Origin: Eledone cirrhosa
Lineage: Eukaryota
Direction of reading: 5' to 3'
DNA length: 64,000 nucleotides
NCBI GenBank assembly: GCA_964016885.1
Contig: OZ024754.1
Span: 26,040,001-26,104,000 of the forward strand
The notes below the pieces were generated by a model. The model was not told the origin of the DNA, searched no databases, and saw only the letters and a list, made by a program, of their open reading frames with translations. Shown here one piece after another: positions 11,048 through 22,404 of the stretch. Each line of letters begins with the position of its first letter. Positions within the stretch are counted from its first letter, which is position 1. The translations under genes were made by a program, and so were the position numbers.

Positions 11048-14000
11048 CTAGCCGAAATGTCGACCAGATGCATAATTTGTACTTACCCGATAAACTTGTA
11101 CGTATCGCGTGGGCCATCGGACTGTTCTTCCAGATTTGGTGTGTCGGGGTTGTGCAGAATTTGCCGTGTTTGTGTCGGGCAAAGTTGTTGGTGAGTCTGC
11201 TGGAGAAACGGTGGGTACTGGTGGCAATTCCTGTTCTATGAACGCTTTTTTTAAACGATCAATGGAGACGGTATTTCGTTTCCCGTTCAAGTCGAGGTCG
11301 AAATACTTGGGGCATTTCTGTATCACCTTATAGGGCCCGGAATACGGCGGACGAAGTTGCGATGGAATACCGTCATTTCTAACGAAAACATGCGTCCATG
11401 TATCGATGTCTTTTGGTGTGTGTGAAGTAACGTGCTGTTGTTTAGGGGCTGAAGGAGACAGATGCGACATCGATGACCGTAAACGGTGCACATATTTTGT
11501 AGGGTCTGGAAGTTCTTGTGGCGAAACAAGAGCAATCATTTGTCCGGGTAGAGTGAGTACGGTGCCATACACCATTTCAGCCGGAGAATGTCCGACTCCC
11601 TCCTTAACAGTGGAACGAATACCAAGAAGAATGAGTGGGAGGTATTCGAACCAGTTAGTGGAGTCTTCGTAAGCCTTGATAGAACTGACGTCCTCTATCC
11701 GTAGTGATGGTCGCAGGTGTGCCGAAACGCGAAACCCAGTGAAACACTAGCGTTTTGGCGACAGTTTCCGCAGTAATATCCGTCAGGGGAAAAGCTTCTG
11801 GCAGCGAGAAAATCAGTCGACACAGGTGAGAAGATGAGTGTAGTTGTGAGAAGGAGGCAAAGGTCCAACGATGTCTATATGCACATGTTGGAACCGTGCA
11901 TCAGGTGTTGCGAAAGAACCGATCGGGGCTTTGATGTGCCGGTGAATTTTCGCCTTCTGGCACGCGATACAGTTCCTAGCCCATTCGCGGGTGTCCTTGT
12001 TGATGTTGGGCCACACAAAGCGGGCAACCATCAGTTTCTGCGTGGCGCGGACGCCAGGATGTGCCAGAGAATGCAGTGCCGGGAAAACGTCGAGTCGATG
12101 TTTCCGGGGCACGTATGGGCGCTCGTGGCCTGTGGAGATGTCGCACCAAATATAACCCGAAGAAGAGGGCAGCGGGCATTCCTTCAATTTCAAGGATGAT
12201 TTCCGGAGTTGCAGCAGTTCTTCGTCATTCTGTTGATCCGCTGCAATCCTCTGGAGGTCGATAGTGGCAGTGGTGTGGATTGCGTTAAGCTCCATCCGCG
12301 ATAGGGCATCAGCTACTGAGTTGGTGGCACCCTTAATGTACCGAATATCAGTAGTGTACTGAGAAATGAAGTCCAGTTGTCAGACCTCCCTGGGTGAGTG
12401 TCGGTCAGGCTTGGCATTGAACGCGTACACTAGTGGTTTGTGGTCGGTGTATATAGAGAACACACGACCTTCTAGCATGTGTCGAAAATGCTTGACAGCA
12501 AGGTATGCTACCAATAATTCACGACTGAATGTGCTGTACTTAGTTTCGGCGGGTTTTAATCGCTTAGAGAAAAAAGATACAGGTCGCCAAATATCGCCAG
12601 AGAGTTGTTGAAGCACACCTCCAACTCCGAAATCGGATGCATCAGTCAATAAACACATTGGGGCGTCAGGTTTGGGGTAACTCAGCATTGTAGCCTCGGA
12701 CAACATTTTCTTCAACTCAGCGAAAGCGGTACATTCTTTTTCGCTGAACTTGATGTTTGCGTTTTTGGTTGTACGCTGCCGCAGCAAATCTGTGAGTGGT
12801 TGGGCTGTCTCTGCACAGTGGGGTATAAATCTTCTGTAGAAGTTTACCAGGCCAAGAAATTCTCGCAGTTTGCGGAGAGATGTAGGTTGTGGAAAATCAA
12901 TGATGGATTTGACTTTCTCCTTAAGTGGGCGAATACCATCTTTGTCAATGATGTGTCCCAGAAAATGAAGGGACGCAACTCCGAACTCACATTTGCTGGG
13001 GTTGATAATTCCGTATTCAAGCAAACGTGTGAATAGGAGATCAAGGTGTTTCTCATGTTCTTCATCGGAGCTGCTGGCCACCAGTAAGTCGTCAATGTAT
13101 GCGTATACAAAAGGTAGACGTCTGGTGACTGTATCGATGAATCGCTGGAATGTCTGCGCTGCATTTCGCAAACCGAAAGGCATACGCAGAAATTCGAACA
13201 TTCCAAAGGGTGTTGTGACTGCGGTCTTTGGAATATCTGCGGGCTCAACGGGTATCTGATTGTAAGCTCGCACAAGATCGATCTTCTAAAATATGCGAGC
13301 CCCGTGCAGCGAGCTAGAGAAGTCCTGTAGATGAGGCACTGGATAAGAATCAGGAACGGTGCAGTTGTTCAGTGCACGGTAGTCGCCACAGATTCGCCAG
13401 TCGTTCGACGACTTCTTGGGAACACAGTGTATGGGTGAGGACCAGTTGATGCTGGACGGACGTATGATGCCGAGATCCAGCATGTGCTGAAATTCTTGTT
13501 TGACGGACTTCAGCCGGTCTGGTGGTAGCCTTCTAGGTCGTGCAGCGACAGGTGGGCCGTGAATTTTTATGTGGTGTGTGACGTCATGTTTTACAGGGCA
13601 AGCGTTGAATAGTGGTCGAGCTACGTCTGGGTATTTGTTGATGATGTGGTTGTGCCGGGTTGTTGTTGTCGATCGTGAAATGACTGGACTGACTGTGGCT
13701 GTCCTAGCGGCTATGCCACGCACAGCGAGACCAGTGGAGTTGTCAACGAGTCGTTGGTTTTTCAGATCCACTAGAAGCGAGAAGTGCTGAAGAAAATCAG
13801 CTCCTAAAATAGGGGTCGGCAGCTTAGCCACAACGAATACCCACTGGAAAGTGCGGCGTAGTCCCAAATTTAGTCAGGGACTGTTCTCCGTAGGTCGGAA
13901 TATGTGAGTGATTCACCGCCAGGAGCCAGGCTGGTGTCTCTCTCCTTTTTCCAGGAACGCAGAAAACCGGGATGATGCTGACTTCAGCACCGGTGTCGAC

Positions 14001-14913
14001 CAGGAAACGCGATCCTGAATGAAAAATAGGCGACTTTGGTTATGAGGGCAAGAAACGTCCGTCGCATTCAGTTTCTGGCTGTGTCGTTTCCCTGATTCGT
14101 TTTCGAAACAAATGAACAGGGATGGCTGCACTTTTGCGCTCGTCTCCCGAATTGTTGGTCGTACCAACACATTTCTGGTGAATCCCGAGATGCGCTGGGA
14201 CTTCTTGAGCGACCACCAAATCAGCGAGTTCGACTGTTGGACCGACGCGTGGCAGGGTTGCCCAGTGACAAGGCCTGAATTTGTTGTGTCAAGGCCTGTA
14301 TCTGTGTTGCCTGCTGTGCCAGTAACTGGTGTAGATCGGGCATCTCTGTGGCACTGGTGGGCTGAAGAAAAGGATTGGTGGGAGGCACGGCTGGCGTCAC
14401 ATTCGCTAAAGTTGAGTACGGATGTGGTACCTCCATGATCTTATCTGCCAGCTCGGCGAGTTCTTCTATGGTGGTGGACTCCCTGGTGGATGCTAGTACA
14501 ACTTGTGTGGCAGAAGGAAAACGCTGGATGAAGAGTTGCTTGAAAATTTCATCCGGGAGTTTATGTTCTCCCAGGAGCTGCTTCATTCTCCGTAGGAGTT
14601 GCGTCGGCTTTTTATCTCCTAATTCCTCCGATATGAGGAGCTGGTGCAAGCGCTTCTGCTGCGACTCCGACGTCCGCTTAACTAATGTTCTTTTAAATGT
14701 GTCATATGACACAGAGCCGGCTGGTGTTAAAATGAGGTCTCGAACCTCATTCATAATCTCCGGAGACATCGAACCGATGACATGTGTGAGACGGGATGCC
14801 TCGTTAACGATCCGGTTCGATGCGAACTGCGCTTCGATGTGCGCGAACCACAGTGTTGGATCGTGCACTCAGAATGGTGGAATCCTTAATGTAAATGCCG
14901 CCCTGACTGCCAT
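11048..14913 (-). pseudogene. Gypsy gag-pol remnants
   Basis: ORFs 14221-14868 (gag; upstream TGA in place of Trp after RIPPF), 13286-13867, 12380-13273 (RT/RNase H), 11813-12295 and 11048-11575 (integrase). Confidence 0.9.
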
Positions 14914-15001
14914 TCTGCCGCTGATGAATCGTCGTGTGCTAGAGACATCGTTTGTAGTGGATGATCAGAAGGTTGTGTGTCTGTTTTACGGGGTCACCAG
15001 T

Positions 15002-15692
15002 TGTAACGGAATATTATGTGTGTTTGTAACGATAAGTGGATAGATGAATGTAACTGTTGGTATGGTGATTTCGATGTAAAGAAAAATACCAGGATTGTGT
15101 TGTTACAAAGTTTATTTTATTATAACAATATTCAATTTGAATATTCAATGATAAAATCAATAACACAAAATATTCATACAATAATTTGGTAGCTCTTCGA
15201 GCCACGTAAATTCAACTATCACAGAATACGATTATAATATAATGTGTACTGTATCAGAAAGGTACAGTATGTGTAAACAGAAATGAATGGTGCGTGTACA
15301 AATGCTGAACTCACTATGAATGCGTGTGTGCGTCTCAGTATATTTTACTTGTTTGTATTGCAGGAGTCAGCGATCAGCCAGGAAGGTGAGAATAAGTGAC
15401 AGACTGGTTTTTCGTGACGAGAGCTTGTAAATGCGACTTGTCTTGTCTGTATATCACTTCTTTTCTGTCGGGGCGTGAACAACCCCTGTATTTATAAGAG
15501 TTAAAGTTAGAAGGATAGATATATCCTCTGAACTTTGGTTAGTCTCTCCCAAGGGATTAGTTTGCCAAGCGTAAACAAGTCAGAAAGGTGGATATATCCT
15601 CTGACCTATTTTTTGTCAGGCGTAAACAAGTTACCACGGCTTGTCCCAGAGGGAAAGCTCAGATTCGGTTTCGAATCTTCGCCGCCGTTATA
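15002..15692 (-). repeat. 5' LTR of Gypsy element
   Basis: Direct repeat of 9940-10675; adjacent tRNA-Trp PBS at 14989-14999. Confidence 0.9.
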
Positions 15693-15715
15693 TGTGTATA
15701 TTTATAAATAAATAA

Positions 15716-15791
<76 letters not shown>

Positions 15792-15801
15792 TTATTTATA
15801 A

Positions 15802-15851
<50 letters not shown>

Positions 15852-15928
15852 TTATTTATAAATATATATATATATATATATAAGGTCCTTTCAAAAACAT
15901 ACTTACATGTTTACGTTTATAATTTGCT

Positions 15929-16042
<114 letters not shown>

Positions 16043-16094
16043 AGTATGTGTGTATACGTTCATACATATATGTATACAGACGTACAGTAGCATG

Positions 16095-16162
<68 letters not shown>

Positions 16163-16340
16163 TATACATATATATACACATATACATACAGGTACACATA
16201 CATATATGCACGTATCAGTTTAGCAGACGCTTATTATAACGCCGCTTTCTTCGTTTGTAAACAAACTGAACAGCCTGAATTTTTATGCCGTACGGTGTTA
16301 AGGCAACCACGTCACCTTTTTGTTCAACACTGACACAGGA

Positions 16341-16383
16341 ACGATGTACTAGTTTCAAGCTTGTTAGCTATCATCAGCACCGT
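16341..16383 (-). ncRNA. Minimal type I hammerhead (left arm)
   Basis: Exact reverse complement of 16582-16624. Confidence 0.85.
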
Positions 16384-16581
16384 ATACCCATCTGCCAGAT
16401 AGTTGAACGTTCGAAAGTATATACTTTCCTTATGAAAATTAACGGCTGAGCAGCCTAATTTGCATATCGAGTGAGCTAAGTCGGCCAGGCACACTCGATA
16501 TGCAAATTAGGCTGCTCAGCCGTTAATTTTCATAAGGAAAGTATATACTTTCGAACGTTCAACTATCTGGCAGATGGGTAT

Positions 16582-16624
16582 ACGGTGCTGATGATAGCTA
16601 ACAAGCTTGAAACTAGTACATCGT
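16582..16624 (+). ncRNA. Minimal type I hammerhead (right arm)
   Basis: ACGGTG CTGATGA tAGC taacaa GCTt GAAA CTAG TA CATCGT. Stem I extends CTGGCA/TGTCAG and GTTCAAC/GTTGAAC. Confidence 0.85.
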
Positions 16625-16804
16625 TCCTGTGTCAGTGTTGAACAAAAAGGTGACGTGGTTGCCTTAACACCGTACGGCATAAAAATTCAGGCTGTTCAGT
16701 TTGTTTACAAACGAAGAAAGCGGCGTTATAATAAGCGTCCGCTAAACTGATACGTGCATATATGTATGTGTACCTGTATGTATATGTGTATATATATGTA
16801 TATA

Positions 16805-16942
<138 letters not shown>

Positions 16943-17056
16943 CATGCTACTGTACGTCTGTATACATATATGTATGAACGTATACACACATACTTACATT
17001 TAAGTAAGTGCCGTACTAAGAGTGAGAAATGAAATTTCGTTTTCATTATATTTCAA

Positions 17057-17094
<38 letters not shown>

Positions 17095-17217
17095 GATAAA
17101 TATTGATGCAATTCAATTCAAGCACTCAACGTACTTTTTCCACATAGGAGTGACGGAGTAAATATCGAATAAGGAAAAGCGAAGTAGTTTCAGATGTTCA
17201 AGTCCTTTAATAATAAT

Positions 17218-17393
17218 TGTTTCTACTTTAGGCACAAGGCTAGCAAATTACCCAGTGCATTACTGGTACTTTATTTTATCGACCCCGTAAGGATGAAAGG
17301 CAAAGTCAACCTCGGCGGGATTTGAACTCAGATCGTAAAGGGACGTAACTATGCTGGAAAGCATGGCGTCCGACCTTCTACCGATACTGCCAA
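17218..17393 (-). mobile_element. tRNA-derived SINE (family A)
   Basis: A box TGGCAGTATCGG, B box GAGTTCAAATCC, 3' end AAGTAGAAACAATTATT; about 18 full or partial copies in the window. Confidence 0.85.
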
Positions 17394-18640
17394 ATGCTGT
17401 GATATATATTTCAGTGACGACAGTGTCGTCACTGTGATATATATTTCAGTGACGACAGTGTCGTCACTGAAATATATATCACAGCATTATTATTAAAGGA
17501 CTTGAACATCTGAAACTACTTCGCTTTTCCTCATTCGATATTTACTCCGTCACTCCTATGTGGAAAAAGTACGTTGAGTGCTTGAATTGGATTGCATCAA
17601 TATTTACCCTAATAATTTAGCTCCGATTAGTTGAGCGCTCTATGATGTGGTGGAGAAGAGAGGAACCAACCAAGAGCTACCCCGGAAATCCCCTCTACCA
17701 TGGGGATGAAAACCCCTGACACTAGACGGGCGTAATAGTAACTTTCGGCAGGATAAATACGCGGAAACAAAAAATAAGATAAACCCCTATTTTCCTGCAC
17801 CAAATCGCATTTGAACAGAAGCCCCCTCAATTCAATCTATACATGGACAGATGGACAATCATATGGATCATTTTACATATATGTACTCTGTGTTTTTGCA
17901 TTTATTCACTATTCGTTCTGTTCTTTTCTTTTCTTTTGTGTACTTTATGTCTGTTTTTTTATTCTGTTCCATGTGATGGAAATTATGACCGTGTAACAGA
18001 TTGACTAATGTGGTTTGCCCCCCGTTATAATGTACGGCACTGCCGTTCAATATGTGGATAGGGTAACTGTAACACTAGAATCCCTCCCAGAACTTATTAC
18101 TTAAACATCTCTCTCCATATTATTTACTCACTTCAATCTATATTGTTACTCAATCCGAATTATCACTTGGAAAAAAAATTTTTTAATTTAGAATTTTTTA
18201 ATTCTTAATTGTTTAATTTATAATCTCTGATATTTGATCTAGGATTTTAACTTTTATTTCCAACTCTCACTCTTAACTTACAATGTAAAACCATAGTACC
18301 TAGAATTAAGTTTATTTTCCCTTATGAGTTGATGGTCAGTCTTACTGTCAACGCTTAGTGAAAGGTAGTATTATGACCTATAAAAACTAACACCCTCCCA
18401 TCCCCTCTGGCTTTTGGGTAGCAGTAAACTTTGGCAGGGCTTAGTGGGCCACTGACAGCGAATTTCGTTGAAATCTGCGGTGCTAATGGTCAACTTCCTT
18501 CGGACATGCGCTTGCGCAGACCGCTGGGGGTGAATTGGTACTCACAAGGGAACGGATGAAAAACCCAAAAGCACGAACTTCATCCGTTCCCATGTCGATT
18601 CAATTTGGATTGCCTCGGAAACAACCTTATTATGTAACAA

Positions 18641-18714
18641 GCTGTCTGATGATGACACGACACTCGCACACAGAACAGTGTGGCCAGTGTCGTCACTGAA
18701 ATATATATCACAGC
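18641..18714 (+). ncRNA. Type I hammerhead ribozyme motif
   Basis: GCTGT CTGATGA tgacACGACACT...AGTGTCGTcact GAAA TATATA TC ACAGC; AUC triplet. Confidence 0.8.
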
Positions 18715-18796
18715 ATTATTATTAAAGGACTTGAACATCTGAAACTACTTCGCTTTTCCTTATTCTCTATATATATATGTGTGTGTGTGTGTGTAT

Positions 18797-18911
18797 ATGG
18801 GCTTGCAATCGAAAGGTTGTGAGTTCAATACTCGGACCGGGTGATGTGTTGTTTCCTTGAGCAAGACACTTTATTTTACATTGCTCCAGTTTACTCAGCT
18901 GTAGAAATGAG
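18797..18911 (+). mobile_element. tRNA-derived SINE fragment (CORE/Deu-like central domain)
   Basis: B box GAGTTCAATAC followed by TTGTTTCCTTGAGCAAGACACTTTATTT. Confidence 0.6.
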
Positions 18912-20880
18912 ATGATAGGTCTGGGGTCCCTATCATTCCACTGCAAAGTCGTCGTGGAGGTGCCACGGCAAAAAAGCACCCAGCCCACACTGAAAAGTGG
19001 ACGTGTAGGCGCCACGGAAAAAAAGCACCCAGCACTCACTGTAAATGAGGTTGGTGTTAGGAAGGGCATCCAGCTGTAGAACTCAAGCCAGAATCAGTTC
19101 CCGTATGAGCAAGACAAGGTCCTTTTTAAATATAGGAAAATGTTCAAAATCCCGACGGCAGAGCTCAAGCAATTTCAACGGCTATTTTTGGACTAAATTA
19201 GATTTTTAGCGCGGTAATAAATAGTCGATTTTTTCAAGGGATAATTCTTTATATGGGAAGATTTTATAGTTCTCAAAAGGATTGATCAACATTTCTTGTA
19301 AACACAATTAAATCTTTCATGGCAGTGGGTGGGAGGTGGGGGTGTCTGAACTTGCCTGTAGAACAATGAGGGCGTGGGTGCAGTCGGTCAAGCGTTGAAA
19401 GTGAATTCTATACAGCAGATTCTAAGGAGTGTGGATGAAATTAGGCTAGGTAGAAAGCAGGCGAAAAAAGAATTCTGGAGGAATCTGAGAGTGGGAAGTT
19501 ATAAAATTAAAAAGTTAATAAATTGAAATAAAAAAATAAAATATAAAAATAATAATAATTGTTTCTACTTTTGGCACAAGGCCAGCAATAACCTAGTGCA
19601 TTACTGGTACTTTATTTTATCGACCCCGTAAGGATGAAAGGCAAAGTTAACCTCGGCGAGATATAAAAATAATAATATTAAAAAATTTAATAATAAAAGA
19701 TAGTAAAAAAAAGATTATAAAAAAAACTAGAGTCTAAAACAGCTGCTATATTTTTAGCCGGTATTGAGTTTTCGGCCAATGCTATATAGAATTTACTGGG
19801 GTGGGGGTACTGAGGCTACAACAGCCCGATGGGCTGCTTCAGAGTAAGTGAAAGAGGAAAAAGGAAAAGGAAGAGGAGAGGGAGTGGAAGGAAGTGAGAA
19901 GAAGAGATAAAGGGAAAAAACAAAAGAAGTACATCTACCTATGTATGCTGGAGATTCCCCTATCTTGTTCGGAAAGTGGCGAAAAGAAGGATGTTACAGC
20001 CATTGTCTAGCCACCCGCGTCGTGAGGGCAAGGTAAGTCCTACGCAATCGGTGTTTACATGTGGTTACAAGTTTGTCGATACCATCTTACTTGGAGCTTA
20101 CCTTCCAGGGCTAACTCCTACATGGGAGAATGTCGTCCGTGTAACTTATGCGAACCACGCGAAAAGTGAGAGAGAAAAGGATTTCACACAGGTCAGACGG
20201 GAGGAAGTGAGAGAGGGGGAGTAGCAGAGAGTGAGTGAGTGAAAGTGTGAGGAAGAGGCCAGCCGAGAGACTGTGTGACCAGCAGAAGGGATGCATTACT
20301 AGTATGTTGTTTGTTTACTTTCCCCATCCAATTCGTTCTGTCCCAATAACTTATTTTAGTTATTGATCGCACTGATTTTGAGGTATCTGGTCTTTAATGC
20401 GAAGAAATACCAATCATAGTCAGCAGACCACTGATGATGGACAGTCCCATTTCTCGGTCTATTTTCATTCATATATATATGTGTGTGTGCGTTTATGTAT
20501 ATGTATGTGTATATACATATATATATATGTTTGTATATGTATGTGTAAGTATATATATATATATGTGTATGGATGTGTGTGTATGTATATATGTGTATAT
20601 TTATGGGTACGTATATGTGCATGAGTGTGCGCATGTGTGAGTGTAGGAACGCATGGATATGTGTGTGTTTGCATGTGCATGTAGGCGCACATATACGTAT
20701 GTGTGAATGTGTGAGTATACGTATATGTATGAGTATGTGCTTGTATATGTGTGTTTGTATATATACATATACATTTATTAGTTTCCCCTTTAAATTATGT
20801 CCGTTATCTTATTTCAGCCTCGCTTTCAATTGTCCTAGACTTTGTTTTGAAATCCATATCTCACTTCCATGTTAAATAAA

Positions 20881-20955
20881 ATTTCATTCTGACGATTAAA
20901 GTCAGACGTCTGCGCCAGGCTCGTCTGTCTTCGTGAAACCTTTGGTAAATGAAAT
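20881..20955 (+). ncRNA. Type I hammerhead ribozyme motif, same family as 9745-9805
   Basis: ATTTCATT CTGACGA ttaAAGtCAGACG...CGTCTGtCTTcgt GAAA CC ttt GG TA AATGAAAT; flanks homologous to 9680-9900. Confidence 0.75.
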
Positions 20956-21044
20956 AATTATCTTATGTTGTTTATTATATAACTATAAAGCACTGTAGCC
21001 TACATAGAGCACTCTGTTTTCCTTTAACTTTCCTACGGAAATAC

Positions 21045-21101
<57 letters not shown>

Positions 21102-21151
21102 GTGTGTATATATATATATACATATGTATGTGTGTATACATATATACATAC

Positions 21152-21600
21152 ACTAGCGGAGGTACCCGGCGTTGCTCGGGTATTAAATAGCAGTTATGTA
21201 TACCATTTATGTCAATACTTCAGTGCTGCTTCGAAAACTATACTTTTACAAAATCATCGGCTTTTTCCAAAAGGGGGTTCCTGCCCCCAGGAGTCCCCTA
21301 CTCAATATGTGCCAATTCTGAGAGTTCACATTCATCTGTAGAACAAATGCAGTCCATGTGTCAAGTTTTGTGAAAATCGGTTGCGAACTCCAGAAGTTAT
21401 GACGTTTTGTTGCATTGCACTGCAGTGCTTCAGTCGACTCCAAGGAAGCGGTTAAAGGGGGTTATCTGCCGGGAGGCCCTATAATCAATATCTGGAAAAA
21501 TGAAAGTGCCCATGACCATCCGGAGTACATAAGTAACCTATGTCTTAAGTTTGGTGAAAATACTGTAGAAATGCATAGGGTTTACACACACACGCATGTG
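21152..21600 (-). mobile_element. Non-autonomous Helitron-like element (3' terminus)
   Basis: Minus strand ends with GC hairpin ACCCGAGCAACGCCGGGT, 7 nt, then CTAGT. Internal repeats AAGTTT(T/G)GTGAAAAT. Confidence 0.6.
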
Positions 21601-22325
21601 TGTGTGTGTGTTTGTGTGTGCATATGTATATGTATGTGTATGTCCGTCGGCGCATACGTGTGTACTGGCCTAAATCTTCATTATTTACTTTTACTATTTT
21701 AAGGCAACGTTAAAATCCTGTCGAGGTTAACATTGGCTTTTATCCTTACGGGGTTGATAAAATAAGGTACCAGTAGTGTACTGGGTAATTGCTGGCCTTG
21801 TGCCAAAAGTAGAAACAACTATTTTAATAACCTCTGTCATTTTCGTTTACAATTTTATTTACATCATTCTTAAACTCCGGGTCTGGAAATCATTTGGTTA
21901 TTTTAAATAGAATATTAGTCTAACGACTCCATTTACACCATAAACTTGGTCTTGCCTTTGCATGAAATTGTTCTTCTCGGTCCACATTACGGCGTATTAT
22001 CCTCGCTTTTTTTCCGTTCATTACCAGGGAACGTCTTCACGAACCAAAATATCGTCTTCCTGTTTTCCTTCGGTTGCAATGTTTCTCGAAATATTTAATT
22101 CTGCGTTCACAGATTGAATTTATTAGTTTAAGAAGATCCCGTTAATGTTGAAAGCAGCGATTCTTTGCTTAAACTTCCTTTCTTTCTCAAATCCTCTCCC
22201 TTTTTTCTCATACCCTCTCTCTCTCTCTTCCCCTACAGAGTGGATAACAATAAAGAACGCGCAGATCTCTGTCTTTATATATATATATGTGTTTGTGTGT
22301 GTGTGTGTGAACCACCATTCGTCGC

Positions 22326-22400
<75 letters not shown>

Positions 22401-22404
<4 letters not shown>

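Larger units (their letters stand above)
9940..15692 (-). mobile_element. Full-length Ty3/Gypsy LTR retrotransposon with disrupted gag-pol
   Basis: LTRs 9940-10675 and 15002-15692 (TGTAACGG...CCGTTATA), 4-bp TSD TGTG. PBS TGGTGACCCCG next to the 5' LTR; purine tract CTGGAAAGGG before the 3' LTR. Gag (DPTLWFAHIEAQF), protease (ILGADFL), RT (YIDD), RNase H (TDAS, TDHKPL), integrase HHCC/core in Gypsy order, with stops and frameshifts. Confidence 0.95.
17089..18765 (+). mobile_element. Non-coding Penelope-like/retrozyme element: inverted pLTR + 1229-nt unit + direct pLTR
   Basis: 17089-17458 (SINE-interrupted) is the reverse complement of 17459-17614. 17458-17535 is directly repeated at 18687-18765. 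Complete hammerhead at 18641-18714; no long ORF. Confidence 0.75.

Noticed and set aside
14375-15043. 222-aa + strand ORF and other antisense ORFs over the Gypsy and Tx1 elements
   Set aside because: Antisense shadows of GC-richer retroelement coding sequence with no recognisable domain.
20425-20470. CTGATGA followed by a small hairpin
   Set aside because: No GAAA after the helix and no workable stem I/III in any hammerhead topology.
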